Assembly (NCBI GenBank): GCA_004366205.1
Contig: SIRW01000022.1
Span: 73,239 to 137,238 of the forward strand
Length of the DNA: 64,000 bases
Direction: 5' to 3'
DNA from: Actinomycetota bacterium
GTDB taxonomy: Bacteria; Actinomycetota; Acidimicrobiia; Acidimicrobiales; CADCSY01
A program made the translations under genes and the position numbers. Below the pieces are notes generated by a model. That model was not told where the DNA came from. It searched no databases and saw nothing but the letters and a program-made list of their open reading frames with translations. Position 1 is the stretch's first letter. Every line of letters begins with the position of its first letter. Positions 9,189 to 18,202 of this stretch are shown here, piece after piece.

Positions 9189-9784
9189 GGCGTCGAACCT
9201 ACCCGGCCCTCGGCGAGAGCCCTCCTGGCCTCGGGGACGTACTGCACGGCGGCGTACAGCGACAGCGCCAGGCCTGGGAGGCCCCAGCACCACGCCAGCA
9301 GGGTGGCGACGCCGGCGTAGCGGAAGTCGGCGTTCCCGAGCAGGAACAGCGGGAAGGCGAACATGAGGGCGAACGTGCCGGCCTTGCCGACCCACACGAC
9401 GTCGATGCGCCGGGCCCCGAGCGCGGCGAGCACGAGCACGGTGCCGCCGACGATCGCCTCCCGGACCACGACGACGAGCCCGAGCCACAGCGGCGCCGAC
9501 CCGTCGAGGAGGATGCCGCCCACCCCGACGAGGAGCAGGAGCCGGTCGGCGACGGGGTCGAGCATCTTGCCGAGCTCGCTCACCTGGCCCAGCCGCCGGG
9601 CCAGGAAGCCGTCGACCCAGTCCGTCGCCCCGAGCACGCCGAGCAGGGCTGCGGCCACGAGCCGGTCCTCGAGCCCGAAGAGCAGCCACAGGAACAGCGG
9701 GATGCACAGCAGCCGGGCGAACGAGATCAGGTTCGGGAGGGTCAGGACCCGCCGGTCGGGCGCGTGCTCCTCGAGGGCGGACAC
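9185..9784 (-). CDS. CDP-alcohol phosphatidyltransferase family protein (PgsA2/actinobacterial Cls-type position)
   Basis: Motif [26 protein letters not shown] (DxxDGxxAR..G..D..D). Several hydrophobic helices. Confidence 0.88.
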   Translation of the reverse strand: MSALEEHAPDRRVLTLPNLISFARLLCIPLFLWLLFGLEDRLVAAALLGVLGATDWVDGFLARRLGQVSELGKMLDPVADRLLLLVGVGGILLDGSAPLWLGLVVVVREAIVGGTVLVLAALGARRIDVVWVGKAGTFALMFAFPLFLLGNADFRYAGVATLLAWCWGLPGLALSLYAAVQYVPEARRALAEGRVGSTP

Positions 9785-9793
9785 CCGCGGAGT

Positions 9794-10501
9794 CTAGGAC
9801 CGCCCGGCGGCCGGTCCGTCCTCCAGCGTGACGGGCTCGACCAGCTCGGGTCCGTCGTTGCGCACGTCGTTCACGGCCGTGCTGACGGGCACGGCGACGA
9901 GCAGGTCGTCGGCGGCGGGGACCAGCAGGCCGGCCAGGGCCTCGGCGTCGACGTTCGCGCGATCGAGCCACGTGTCCCAGCGGCCGGCCTCGAGCACGAC
10001 CGGCATCCGGTCGTGCAGGGGCGCGACCGTGGCGTTGGCGCCGGTGGTGACGATGACGCACGTCGCCAGCCGGCCGCCCTCGGCGTCGCGCCACACCTCC
10101 CACAGCCCGGCGAACGCAAGTGGGGCGCCGTCGCGCCGGCGGACGTACCAGGGCTGCTTGCGCTGCTGCCCGGGTCGGGCCTGCCACTCGTAGAAGCCGT
10201 CGGCGGGGATCAGGCAGCGCCGGCGCTCGAACGCCGAGCGGAAGGCCGGCTTCGTGCGCACGGTCTCGGCGCGGGCGTTGATGAGCCGGCTCCCGATCGA
10301 GGGGTCGCCGGCCCACGACGGCACCAGACCCCAGCGCAGCGTGCCCAGCCGGCGTCCGCCCTCCCCGCCGACGACCGCCAGCACGTCCTGCGTGGGCGCC
10401 ACGTTGAAGCGCGGGCCCGGGTCCTCGGCGACGGTGTTCTCGGCCTCGAAGTAGGCCGCCAGCTCCTCGGCCGAGGTCTGCGACGAGAAGCGACCGCACA
10501 C
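9794..10501 (-). CDS. SOS response-associated peptidase (SRAP/YedK-type abasic-site processing protein)
   Basis: GTG then Cys2 (VCGRFS), followed by FNVAPTQ, ADGFYEW and [10 protein letters not shown]. The track ORF starts 11 codons earlier. Confidence 0.88.
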   Translation of the reverse strand: MCGRFSSQTSAEELAAYFEAENTVAEDPGPRFNVAPTQDVLAVVGGEGGRRLGTLRWGLVPSWAGDPSIGSRLINARAETVRTKPAFRSAFERRRCLIPADGFYEWQARPGQQRKQPWYVRRRDGAPLAFAGLWEVWRDAEGGRLATCVIVTTGANATVAPLHDRMPVVLEAGRWDTWLDRANVDAEALAGLLVPAADDLLVAVPVSTAVNDVRNDGPELVEPVTLEDGPAAGRS

Positions 10502-10508
10502 GCCACCG

Positions 10509-10514
10509 ACCCTA
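10509..10514 (-). promoter_or_regulatory. Candidate -10 box TAGGGT, 7 nt upstream of GTG 10501 (leaderless-type)
   Basis: The minus strand reads ggTAGGGTcggtggcGTGTGC. Confidence 0.35.
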
Positions 10515-10617
10515 CCGGCGGGGCTGCCCACCACCGCTCCGCACGTTGCGTACGGACCGCGGCACGCTGGGAAAATCCCCTATTGGGAACCCGGCGGCGC
10601 CGGGCCACACTGGCGCC

Positions 10618-12729
10618 GTGGCGGACACGGACCCGGCCGCCGAGAGGCGAACGGGCCCGCAGGGAGAGCACGTCGCACTGGTCGGGCGTGGCGACAGGAT
10701 CGTGCACGTCGACCCCGCACCAGCACGGATCCTCGGGCGGGCCATCACGGTCGACCGGACGGTCGGGGACGTCCTCGCGCTCGTGCACCCCGACGACCTC
10801 GCCCTCACCGCCACGCTCCTCACCGGGGCGGGGGCCGGCACCCTCGACCACGCCGCCGCCGCCGTCCGCCTCGTCGACGCCTCCGGCCGGAGCCACGACG
10901 CCCACGTGTCGATCGGGCGGATCGCCGGGGCGCCCGGTCCGGACTGGCTCCTCGTGCTGCGAACGGCGCCCACCAGCCCGCCCGAGGCCACGGACAGCCG
11001 CCTCGCCGAGCGCGAAGCCCGGTTGCGGGCCGCGTTCGACGACGCGCCCGGCCCCGCCGCGCTCGTCAGCCGGGGTGGCACGATCCTGCGCGCCAACACC
11101 GCCCTGGGCGAGCTCGCCGGCGTCGGGCCCGGCAGCCTCGCCGGAACCCCCCTGCACGCCCTCGTGGTCGACGCCGATCGCGACCTGCTCGACGAGCGGC
11201 TCCGGGTCCGCGGCGAGTCGCCGGGTGCGCCGGTCGAGGTCGAGGTCACCGCCGCCACCCCCGCGGGCGAGCGCCGCCTCCAGCTGCTCATCGGCTCCGC
11301 CGGGGGCGGCACCGTGCCGCCGTTCCTCGTGGTGCAGGCCGTCGACGTCACCGACCGCCGGGCGGTCGAAGCCGACCTCGTCCACCGCGCCTTTCACGAT
11401 CCGCTCACCGGGCTGCCGAACCGCGACCTGCTGCTCGACCGGCTCGCGCACGCCCTCGCCCGGCGCGACCGGCGGGCCGTGGGCGTGCTCTTCCTCGACC
11501 TGAACCGCTTCAAGGACGTGAACGACACGTTCGGCCACGAGGCGGGCGACCACCTCCTCGCCGCCATGGCCGAGCGGATCCGCCGCGTGCTCCGGCCCGC
11601 TGACACCGTGGCGCGCTTTGGTGGTGACGAGTTCGTCATCCTCCTCGAGGAGCTGCGCGGACCCACCGAGGCGGTGGACGTCGCCAACCGCATCGTGGAC
11701 GCCGTGGAGGAGCCGTACCGTATCGGCGACGCCGACATCACCCTCACCGCCGCCATCGGGGTGGCGTTCTCGACGCACTCCGGGCCGGACGCCCAGACCC
11801 TGCTCCGCGACGCCGACACGGCCATGTACCGAGCCAAGGCCGAGGGGCGCTTGCGCCTGCACGAGGCGAACCCGCCCGAGCGCAACGGGCGCGCCGGTGG
11901 TGCCTCGACACCGGCGCCCGATGCGCTGGCAGCGCGCCTCGGCGAGGCCGATCTCCACCAGGCGTTCCGGGACGAGCGCATCGGGGTCGTGTTCCAGCCC
12001 CAGGTCCGCCTGCCCGACGGCACGCTCGCCGGCCTCGAGGCGCTCGCCCGGTGGGACCACCCCGAGCTGGGCGTCCTGCCCGCCTCGGTGTTCCTGCCCC
12101 TCGCCCGCTCCGCCGGGCTGCTCCTGCACCTGGGCGAGCTCGTGCTCGACCGGGTGTGCCGGGCCGCCGCGGTGTGGCGGCGGGGCCCCGACGGCCACCC
12201 GCTCGTCGTGTCGTTCAACCTGTCCGAGGTGGAGCTCGCCCGGCCCGACCTCGCCGGCGTCGTCGAAGCGGCCCTGGCCCGGACCGGCGCCGAGCCCGGG
12301 CACGTCTGCGCGGAGGTGGGCGAGGCCGACCTCCTCCGCCTCGGCACCACGGCGACCGCGGCGCTGGACCGCCTGCGGGCGATCGGGGTCCGAATCAGCC
12401 TCGACGACGCCGGCGCCACGATCGCCGACCTGCACCGCGACGAGCTCCCTCCCGTCGACGAGGTGAAGATCGACCGGCCCCACGTCGACGGCCTGCTCCG
12501 GGACGCCGCCGCCCGCCGCACCGTCACGTCCGTCATCGACCTCGCCCGGTCGCTCGACCTCCGCACCGTCGCCGAAGGCGTGGAGGACGCCGAGCAGGTG
12601 CTCGAGCTGCGCACCCTCGGCTGCGAAGCCGGCCAGGGCTACTACTTCGCCGCCCCCCAGCCCGCTGCGGTCGCCGAGCGGCTGCTCGCCCCCGACCTGC
12701 GCTGGCCGACGGCGGTCCCCGACCCCTGA
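10618..12729 (+). CDS. PAS-GGDEF-EAL signalling protein (diguanylate cyclase/phosphodiesterase). The start is uncertain (TTG 10546 or GTG 10618).
   Basis: Contains RFGGDEFVILLEE, LEALARW, EVKIDRP, AEGVE and GQGYYF. The DDFGTG position reads DDAGAT, which is divergent. Confidence 0.88.
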   Translation: MADTDPAAERRTGPQGEHVALVGRGDRIVHVDPAPARILGRAITVDRTVGDVLALVHPDDLALTATLLTGAGAGTLDHAAAAVRLVDASGRSHDAHVSIGRIAGAPGPDWLLVLRTAPTSPPEATDSRLAEREARLRAAFDDAPGPAALVSRGGTILRANTALGELAGVGPGSLAGTPLHALVVDADRDLLDERLRVRGESPGAPVEVEVTAATPAGERRLQLLIGSAGGGTVPPFLVVQAVDVTDRRAVEADLVHRAFHDPLTGLPNRDLLLDRLAHALARRDRRAVGVLFLDLNRFKDVNDTFGHEAGDHLLAAMAERIRRVLRPADTVARFGGDEFVILLEELRGPTEAVDVANRIVDAVEEPYRIGDADITLTAAIGVAFSTHSGPDAQTLLRDADTAMYRAKAEGRLRLHEANPPERNGRAGGASTPAPDALAARLGEADLHQAFRDERIGVVFQPQVRLPDGTLAGLEALARWDHPELGVLPASVFLPLARSAGLLLHLGELVLDRVCRAAAVWRRGPDGHPLVVSFNLSEVELARPDLAGVVEAALARTGAEPGHVCAEVGEADLLRLGTTATAALDRLRAIGVRISLDDAGATIADLHRDELPPVDEVKIDRPHVDGLLRDAAARRTVTSVIDLARSLDLRTVAEGVEDAEQVLELRTLGCEAGQGYYFAAPQPAAVAERLLAPDLRWPTAVPDP

Positions 12730-12740
12730 CCGCCGCCGGT

Positions 12741-12746
12741 TAGCGT
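12741..12746 (+). promoter_or_regulatory. Candidate -10 box TAGCGT, 7 nt upstream of ATG 12754 (leaderless-type)
   Basis: Reads gtTAGCGTcccgacgATG. Confidence 0.35.
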
Positions 12747-12753
12747 CCCGACG

Positions 12754-14172
12754 ATGAGCGCCCGGGACGCCGTCGTCGTCGGAGCCGGCCCCAACGGGCT
12801 CGCCGCCGCCGTGACGCTGGCGGCCGCGGGCCGGTCGGTGCTGCTGGTCGAGGCGGCCGCCACGGTCGGGGGCGGCACCCGGTCGGCGCCGCTCACCGGG
12901 CCCGGCACCGTCCACGACGTGTGCAGCGCCGTGCACCCCCTCGGCGTGTCGTCACCGTTCCTGCGGCGCCTGCGTCTGCACGAGCACGGCCTCGGCTGGG
13001 TCCACCCCGACCTGCCCCTCGCCCACCCGCTCGACGGTGGTGCCGCCGCCGTCCTCGACCGCTCCGTGGAGGCCACGGCCGCGGGCCTCGGGGCGGACGG
13101 CGACCGCTGGCGGCACGTGCTCGGCGCGGCCGCCGCCCGGTGGGACGACCTCGCGCTCGACGTCACCGGCCCGCTCGTGCGCCCTCCCCGGCACCCCGTC
13201 GCCCTCGCCCGCTTCGGCGCGCTGGCCGTCCTGCCCGCCGCACCCCTCGCCCGGGCGGTCTTCCGGGAGGAGCCGGCGCGCGCGCTGTTCGCCGGCATGG
13301 CCGCCCACGCCTTCCTGCCGCTGCACCACCCGTTCACGGCCTCGTTCGGGCTGGCCCTCGGCGCGTCCGGCCACAGCGCCGGCTGGCCCTTCGCCCGGGG
13401 CGGCTCGCAGCGCATCGCCGACGCCCTCCTCGCGGTCTTCCTCCGCCTGGGCGGCGAGGTGCGAACCGGCTGGCGGGTCACCGACCTCGACGAGCTGCCC
13501 GCCGCCCGCACCGTCCTGCTCGACCTCGCACCCCGCCGTGCCGCGGACCTGCTCGGGGACCGCATGCCGGCACGAGCGCGGCGGCGCTTCGAGCGGTTCC
13601 GCCACGGCCCGGGCGCCTTCAAGCTCGACTACCTCCTGAGCGAGCCCGTCCCGTGGACCAACGAGGCGTGCGGTCGGGCGGGTACCGTCCACGTCGGCGG
13701 CACGCTCGCCGAGGTCGTGGAGGCCGAGGCGGCCGTGACCGCCGGCCGGCATCCCGCCCGGCCCTTCGTCCTCGTCGCCCAACCGAGCCTGTTCGACCCC
13801 ACCCGGGCACCGGCGGGCCGCCACACGCTGTGGGCCTACTGCCACGTGCCCCGCGGGTCCACCCTCGATGTGACCCGCGCCGTCGAGGACCAGATCGAGC
13901 GCTTCGCCCCCGGCTTCCGGGACGTGGTGCTCGAACGCCGGACCATGCACTGCGGCGACCTGGAGGCCTACAACCCCAACTACGTCGGCGGCGACATCGC
14001 CGGCGGCAGCCACGGCGGCCTGCAGCTCGTCCGCCGCCCGACCCTGCTCCCGTACCGGACGGGGGTCGACGGGGTCTACCTGTGCTCGGCCTCGACGCCG
14101 CCCGGCGCCGGCGTCCACGGGATGTGCGGCCACCACGCCGCCCGCCTCGCCCTGCGCCGCGAGCTCTCCTGA
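12754..14172 (+). CDS. NAD(P)/FAD-dependent oxidoreductase, phytoene-desaturase (CrtI-like) family
   Basis: Dinucleotide fold VVVGAGPNGLAAAVTLAAAG. Length 472 aa. C-terminal GVYLCSASTPPGAGVHG. Confidence 0.8.
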   Translation: MSARDAVVVGAGPNGLAAAVTLAAAGRSVLLVEAAATVGGGTRSAPLTGPGTVHDVCSAVHPLGVSSPFLRRLRLHEHGLGWVHPDLPLAHPLDGGAAAVLDRSVEATAAGLGADGDRWRHVLGAAAARWDDLALDVTGPLVRPPRHPVALARFGALAVLPAAPLARAVFREEPARALFAGMAAHAFLPLHHPFTASFGLALGASGHSAGWPFARGGSQRIADALLAVFLRLGGEVRTGWRVTDLDELPAARTVLLDLAPRRAADLLGDRMPARARRRFERFRHGPGAFKLDYLLSEPVPWTNEACGRAGTVHVGGTLAEVVEAEAAVTAGRHPARPFVLVAQPSLFDPTRAPAGRHTLWAYCHVPRGSTLDVTRAVEDQIERFAPGFRDVVLERRTMHCGDLEAYNPNYVGGDIAGGSHGGLQLVRRPTLLPYRTGVDGVYLCSASTPPGAGVHGMCGHHAARLALRRELS

Positions 14173-14202
14173 CCGCCGGCGGGCACGGCGCCGTCCTTCT
14201 CG

Positions 14203-14277
14203 TCGGGCTGGCCGGACTCGAACCGGCGACCTTCGGTCCCCCAGACCGACGCGCTAACCAAGCTGCGCCACAGCCCG
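14203..14277 (-). tRNA. tRNA-Pro (anticodon GGG), 75 nt, no encoded CCA
   Basis: Manual cloverleaf: acceptor CGGGCTG/CAGCCCG, D arm GCGC-AGCTTGGTTA-GCGC, anticodon arm TCGGT-CTGGGGG-ACCGA, variable loop AGGTC, T arm GCCGG-TTCGAGT-CCGGC, discriminator A. Confidence 0.93.
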
Positions 14278-14329
14278 TGACCACGCAACCCTACCGGCCC
14301 GTCCCGCCGCCCGGCGAACGCAGGTGCCC

Positions 14330-14599
14330 TCAGCTGAGCAGCCCGGCCAGCCAGACGAGGCCCTCCCAGAAGCGCCACACCAGGTAGACGACGAGGGCGA
14401 CCACCATCAGCTTGAAGTGCCACGGGGCGCGCGGCGGCGCGTCCTCCTCGTCGACGGTGGCGGCGCCCACGAGCGCGGGCGCCGGGCGTCGCCCGGCCAC
14501 GGCGGCGGCGTCGAGCACCCGGCCACAGCTCGGGCAGGACCCGTCGGGCCGCATCGTGTTGGGGTTCCAGAACCGGTCGCAGTCGTCGCACCAGGGCAC
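14330..14599 (-). CDS. Small zinc-ribbon protein with a C-terminal transmembrane helix (hypothetical)
   Basis: CDDC...CPSC pairs, then WHFKLMVVALVVYLVWRFW. The start lies 3 nt after the lyase gene stop. Confidence 0.6.
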   Translation of the reverse strand: MPWCDDCDRFWNPNTMRPDGSCPSCGRVLDAAAVAGRRPAPALVGAATVDEEDAPPRAPWHFKLMVVALVVYLVWRFWEGLVWLAGLLS

Positions 14600-14602
14600 C
14601 GC

Positions 14603-15496
14603 TCAGCCCTCCCCCGCCGCCCGGCGCGTGCGCGGTCCGTGCGCCGCCACCCGGCTGGGCACCGGCCGGCCGACGAGGCCGCCCAGCCAGGCGCTGACGG
14701 CGAGCAGGGCGTCGAGGTCGACGCCGGTCGCCACGCCGATGTCGTCGCACAAATGGACGAGGTCCTCGGTGGCCAGGTTGCCGCCCGCGCCGTGGGCGAA
14801 CGGCGAGCCGCCGAGGCCGCCGACCGCGGTGTCGAAGCGGCGGACGCCCCGCAGCATGGCGGCGTAGGCGTTCACCAGGGCGGTGCCCCGGGTGTCGTGC
14901 AGGTGCAGGCCCACGTCGTTGCCGGTGAGGTCGAGCAGGTCGTCGATCCGCCGGGGGGTGGCCATGCCCGTCGTGTCGGCCAGCGTCACGCGCGCCGAGC
15001 CGGCGTCGTAGACCGCGCGCACCAACGCCATGACGTCCTCCGGGTCGACCTCGCCCTCGTAGGGCGAGCCGAAGGCGCACGACACGACCGTGTCGACCGG
15101 CACCGCGCCGGCCCGCTCGCAGATCGCCTCGAGCTGCTCGAGCGAGGCCGCCACGGGCATGCGCACGTTGCGCTCGTTGTAGGTCTCCGACGCCGACAGG
15201 GTGAAGGTCAGCTCGTCGACGCCGGCGGCCAGCGCCAGCTCGGCGCCCCGGTCGTTGGGGACGAGCGCGGCGTAGGTGACGCCGTCGTGGCGCTCGAGGG
15301 CGGCGACCACCTCGGCGGCGCCGGCCATCGCCGGGACGGCCCTGGGCGACACGAACGCCGCCACCTCGACGTGGCGCAGCCCAGCGGCGACCAGCAGCTC
15401 GACGAGCCGCGCCCGCGCCGCGGGCTCGACGGGCGCCTCGGGTTGGAGCCCGTCCCGGGGCCCCACGTCGCGGAGCTGCACGGACGCGGGCAGCAC
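14603..15496 (-). CDS. Hydroxymethylglutaryl-CoA lyase
   Basis: Contains VGPRDGLQ, HLHDTRGTALVNAYAA and GGLGGSPFAHGAGGNLATEDL. Confidence 0.9.
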   Translation of the reverse strand: MLPASVQLRDVGPRDGLQPEAPVEPAARARLVELLVAAGLRHVEVAAFVSPRAVPAMAGAAEVVAALERHDGVTYAALVPNDRGAELALAAGVDELTFTLSASETYNERNVRMPVAASLEQLEAICERAGAVPVDTVVSCAFGSPYEGEVDPEDVMALVRAVYDAGSARVTLADTTGMATPRRIDDLLDLTGNDVGLHLHDTRGTALVNAYAAMLRGVRRFDTAVGGLGGSPFAHGAGGNLATEDLVHLCDDIGVATGVDLDALLAVSAWLGGLVGRPVPSRVAAHGPRTRRAAGEG

Positions 15497-15499
15497 GGC

Positions 15500-17020
15500 C
15501 TACACCGGGGGGACGCCGTGGCGTCGGTCGCTGAACGTGCGGTCCTTGGCGGCGGCGAGCTCGATGCGCCGGGCGATCTCGTCGCGCAGGTCGGGGAAGT
15601 CGACCACGGCGTCGACCACCAGCTCGGAGGCGAGGCGCAGCAGGTCGATGTCGGCCTCGTACTCGGCCCGGCGCTCGGCCACGAACCGCTCGCGCTCGGC
15701 CTGGTCCTCGATCGCCGCGATCTTGTTGGCGAACACGGCGTTCACGGCCGCCTCGGGGCCCATCACCGCGATCGACGCCGTGGGCAGGGCCAGGCACGCC
15801 TCGGGCTCGAACGCCGGGCCGGCCATGGCGTAGAGCCCGGCCCCGTAGGCCTTGCGCACGATGACCGACACCTTGGGCACGGTCGCCTCGGACACGGCGG
15901 TGATCATCTTGGCGCCGTGGCGGATGATGCCCTCCCGCTCGACCTGGGTGCCGACCATGAACCCGGGTACGTCGGCGAGGAACACGAGGGGCACGTTGAA
16001 CGCGTCGCACAGCCAGATGAACCGGGCCGCCTTGTCGGCCGAGTCGACGAACAGCACCCCACCCTTGTGCAGCGGGTTGTTGGCGACGACGCCGACGGGG
16101 CGGCCCTCGAGGCGGGCGAAGCCGATGATCAGCTCGGGCGCCCACAGCGGCTTCAGCTCGAAGAAGCTGTGCTCGTCGACGATGCCGTCGATCACCCGGT
16201 GCATGTCGTAGCCCTGGCGCTCCTCGCGGGGAACCACGTCGGCGGTGAGCTCGGCCACCGGCTTGTCGGGCTCGTAGCGGGGCGCGTCGTGGCGCCAGCT
16301 CGACGGCAGGTACGACAGCCACGCCCGGGCCTGGGCGATGGCGTCGGCGTCGTCGCTCGCCAGGTTGTCGCCGCAGCCCGACACCGTGGCGTGCATGCGG
16401 GCCCCGCCCATCTCCTCGAGCGTGGTGCGCTCGCCGATCACCATCTCGGCCATCCGGGGCGACCCCAGGTACATCGAGGCGTTGCCCTCGACCATGAACA
16501 CGGCGTCGCAGAACGCGGGGATGTAGGCGCCCCCGGCCGCCGAGGGGCCGAACAGGCAGCACACCTGCGGCACCTTCCCCGACAGGCGCACCTGGTTGTA
16601 GAAGATGCGCCCCGCGCCGCGCCGGCCGGGGAACAGCTCGACCTGGTCGGTGATGCGGGCGCCGGCGGAGTCGACCAGCCACACCACGGGCAGCTCGTGG
16701 CGGAGGGCGTGCTCGGTGAGCCGCACGATCTTCTCGACGGTGCGGGCTCCCCACGAGCCCGCCTTCACGGTCGGGTCGTTGGCCATCACGCACACGGGCC
16801 GGCCGTCGACCCGCCCAACGCCCGTGACCACGCCGTCGGCCGGGAGGTCGGGGGCGACGGCGTTGGCGAGCAGGCCGTCCTCCACGAAGCTGCCCTCGTC
16901 GAGCAGCAGGGCCAGCCGGTCGCGGACGAACAGCTTCCCCTGCGCCGCCAGCTTCTCAGCACCGGTCGCCAGGTTGCCCCGGCGCGCCCGCTCGGCGGCC
17001 GAGAACACGTCCCCGGTCAC
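15500..17020 (-). CDS. Acyl-CoA carboxylase carboxyltransferase (beta) subunit, methylcrotonyl/propionyl-CoA type
   Basis: Contains MANDPTVKAGSWG, GPSAAGGAYIPA, VGVVANNP and GIIRHGAKM. GTG 17020 lies 1 nt after the upstream stop. The track ORF is longer. Confidence 0.9.
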   Translation of the reverse strand: MTGDVFSAAERARRGNLATGAEKLAAQGKLFVRDRLALLLDEGSFVEDGLLANAVAPDLPADGVVTGVGRVDGRPVCVMANDPTVKAGSWGARTVEKIVRLTEHALRHELPVVWLVDSAGARITDQVELFPGRRGAGRIFYNQVRLSGKVPQVCCLFGPSAAGGAYIPAFCDAVFMVEGNASMYLGSPRMAEMVIGERTTLEEMGGARMHATVSGCGDNLASDDADAIAQARAWLSYLPSSWRHDAPRYEPDKPVAELTADVVPREERQGYDMHRVIDGIVDEHSFFELKPLWAPELIIGFARLEGRPVGVVANNPLHKGGVLFVDSADKAARFIWLCDAFNVPLVFLADVPGFMVGTQVEREGIIRHGAKMITAVSEATVPKVSVIVRKAYGAGLYAMAGPAFEPEACLALPTASIAVMGPEAAVNAVFANKIAAIEDQAERERFVAERRAEYEADIDLLRLASELVVDAVVDFPDLRDEIARRIELAAAKDRTFSDRRHGVPPV

Positions 17021-17021
17021 G

Positions 17022-18104
17022 TCAGGCCCTCCGGACGGCGAGGATGGCGATGTCGTCGGAGACAGGGCTCGTGGCGAAGTCGGTGGCCGCCTCGAGCAAC
17101 GACTTGCACAGCACGTCGGGCTCGGCGCCGGGGTCCTTGCGGATGTGCGAGGCGATCCGCTCCTCGCCGAAGATCTGCTCCCCGTTGCGGGCCTCGGCGA
17201 GCCCGTCGGTGTAGAGCACCACGACGTCACCCGGATCCAACGGCACCTCCCGGCTCGTGAACCCCGCCTCGGGGTCGAGCGTGAGCAGGGGGCCTGTCGC
17301 CCGCAGCGGGCGCACCTCGCGGTCGTGCCACAGCCACGCCGGCGGGTGGCCGGCCGAGGCGTAGCGCAGCGTGCCCGCCTCGGTGTCGAAGATGACGACG
17401 CACAGCGAGATGAACTCCTCGGGCCGGCCCAGCGCCGAGATCTGCCGGTTCAGCTCCTCGAGCGCCTGGGCGGGGTCGCGGTACTGGCGGAGGAAGACCC
17501 GCAGCAGGTACTTGGCCTGGAACGCGGTGATCGACGGCTCGATGCCGTGCCCGGCGACGTCCCCGATGGCGGCCGCCAGCCGGGTGGGCGCGGTGCGGAA
17601 CACGTCGTAGAAGTCTCCCGCCATCAGGCCGGTGCCCGCCTGGTAGAGCGTGCCGACCTCGAACCCGGCGAACTCGGGCAGCTCCTCGGGGGCGAGCCGC
17701 AGCGCCCAGCGCTTGGGGGCGAGGTGCTCCTGCACCAGCACCTCCTGGGCCCGCTGCTCGAGCTGCGAGCGGCCCTCGGCCAGGCGGGCCTCGCGCAGGA
17801 AGCGCCGGCCGTACAGCAGCGAGACCGCCACCGGCGCCAGCACCAGGATGAACGCCACCTCGAAGGCGGACGGTCCGGCGGCGAAGCCGGTGAGGGCGGC
17901 GATGGCCAGCACCACGTACAGGACCGTGGTGTGCAGCTCCTTGCGGTACGCGGACAGGGCCAGCACGGCGGCGTCGGAGTGCGGGCCCGCGTTCGCGTGG
18001 ATGCGTTGCCAGATGCGCTGGAGGCGGCGGGCCGATCGGCCCCAGACGGCCGCTCCGGCGAGGCAGGCGATGCCCACGACCGCCAGGAGGGTGTGCTCGA
18101 TCAT
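17022..18104 (-). CDS. Membrane-anchored PP2C/SpoIIE-family serine phosphatase
   Basis: Three N-terminal hydrophobic helices, then GDFYDV, GDVAGHG and VLYTDGLAEAR. Confidence 0.85.
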   Translation of the reverse strand: MIEHTLLAVVGIACLAGAAVWGRSARRLQRIWQRIHANAGPHSDAAVLALSAYRKELHTTVLYVVLAIAALTGFAAGPSAFEVAFILVLAPVAVSLLYGRRFLREARLAEGRSQLEQRAQEVLVQEHLAPKRWALRLAPEELPEFAGFEVGTLYQAGTGLMAGDFYDVFRTAPTRLAAAIGDVAGHGIEPSITAFQAKYLLRVFLRQYRDPAQALEELNRQISALGRPEEFISLCVVIFDTEAGTLRYASAGHPPAWLWHDREVRPLRATGPLLTLDPEAGFTSREVPLDPGDVVVLYTDGLAEARNGEQIFGEERIASHIRKDPGAEPDVLCKSLLEAATDFATSPVSDDIAILAVRRA

Positions 18105-18202
18105 GACCGCGGAGATGCTACCGCCGACCCGGGGCCCGGACCGCCCCCGCGCGCGACCTGCGTGACGACCGTCACCCGATCGTCACGCCGGGCGATGCCC
18201 GG

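Noticed and set aside
14203-14277. tRNA-Pro as an integration hotspot or genomic island border
   Set aside because: No integrase, no direct repeat of the tRNA 3' end and no compositional shift were seen on either side.
18162-18202. Palindrome gtgacg-ac-cgtcac and hairpin ccgggc-gat-gcccgg downstream of der as terminator or operator
   Set aside because: The stems are short (6 bp) with no U-tract, and such hairpins are common by chance in GC-rich DNA. They are left unannotated.
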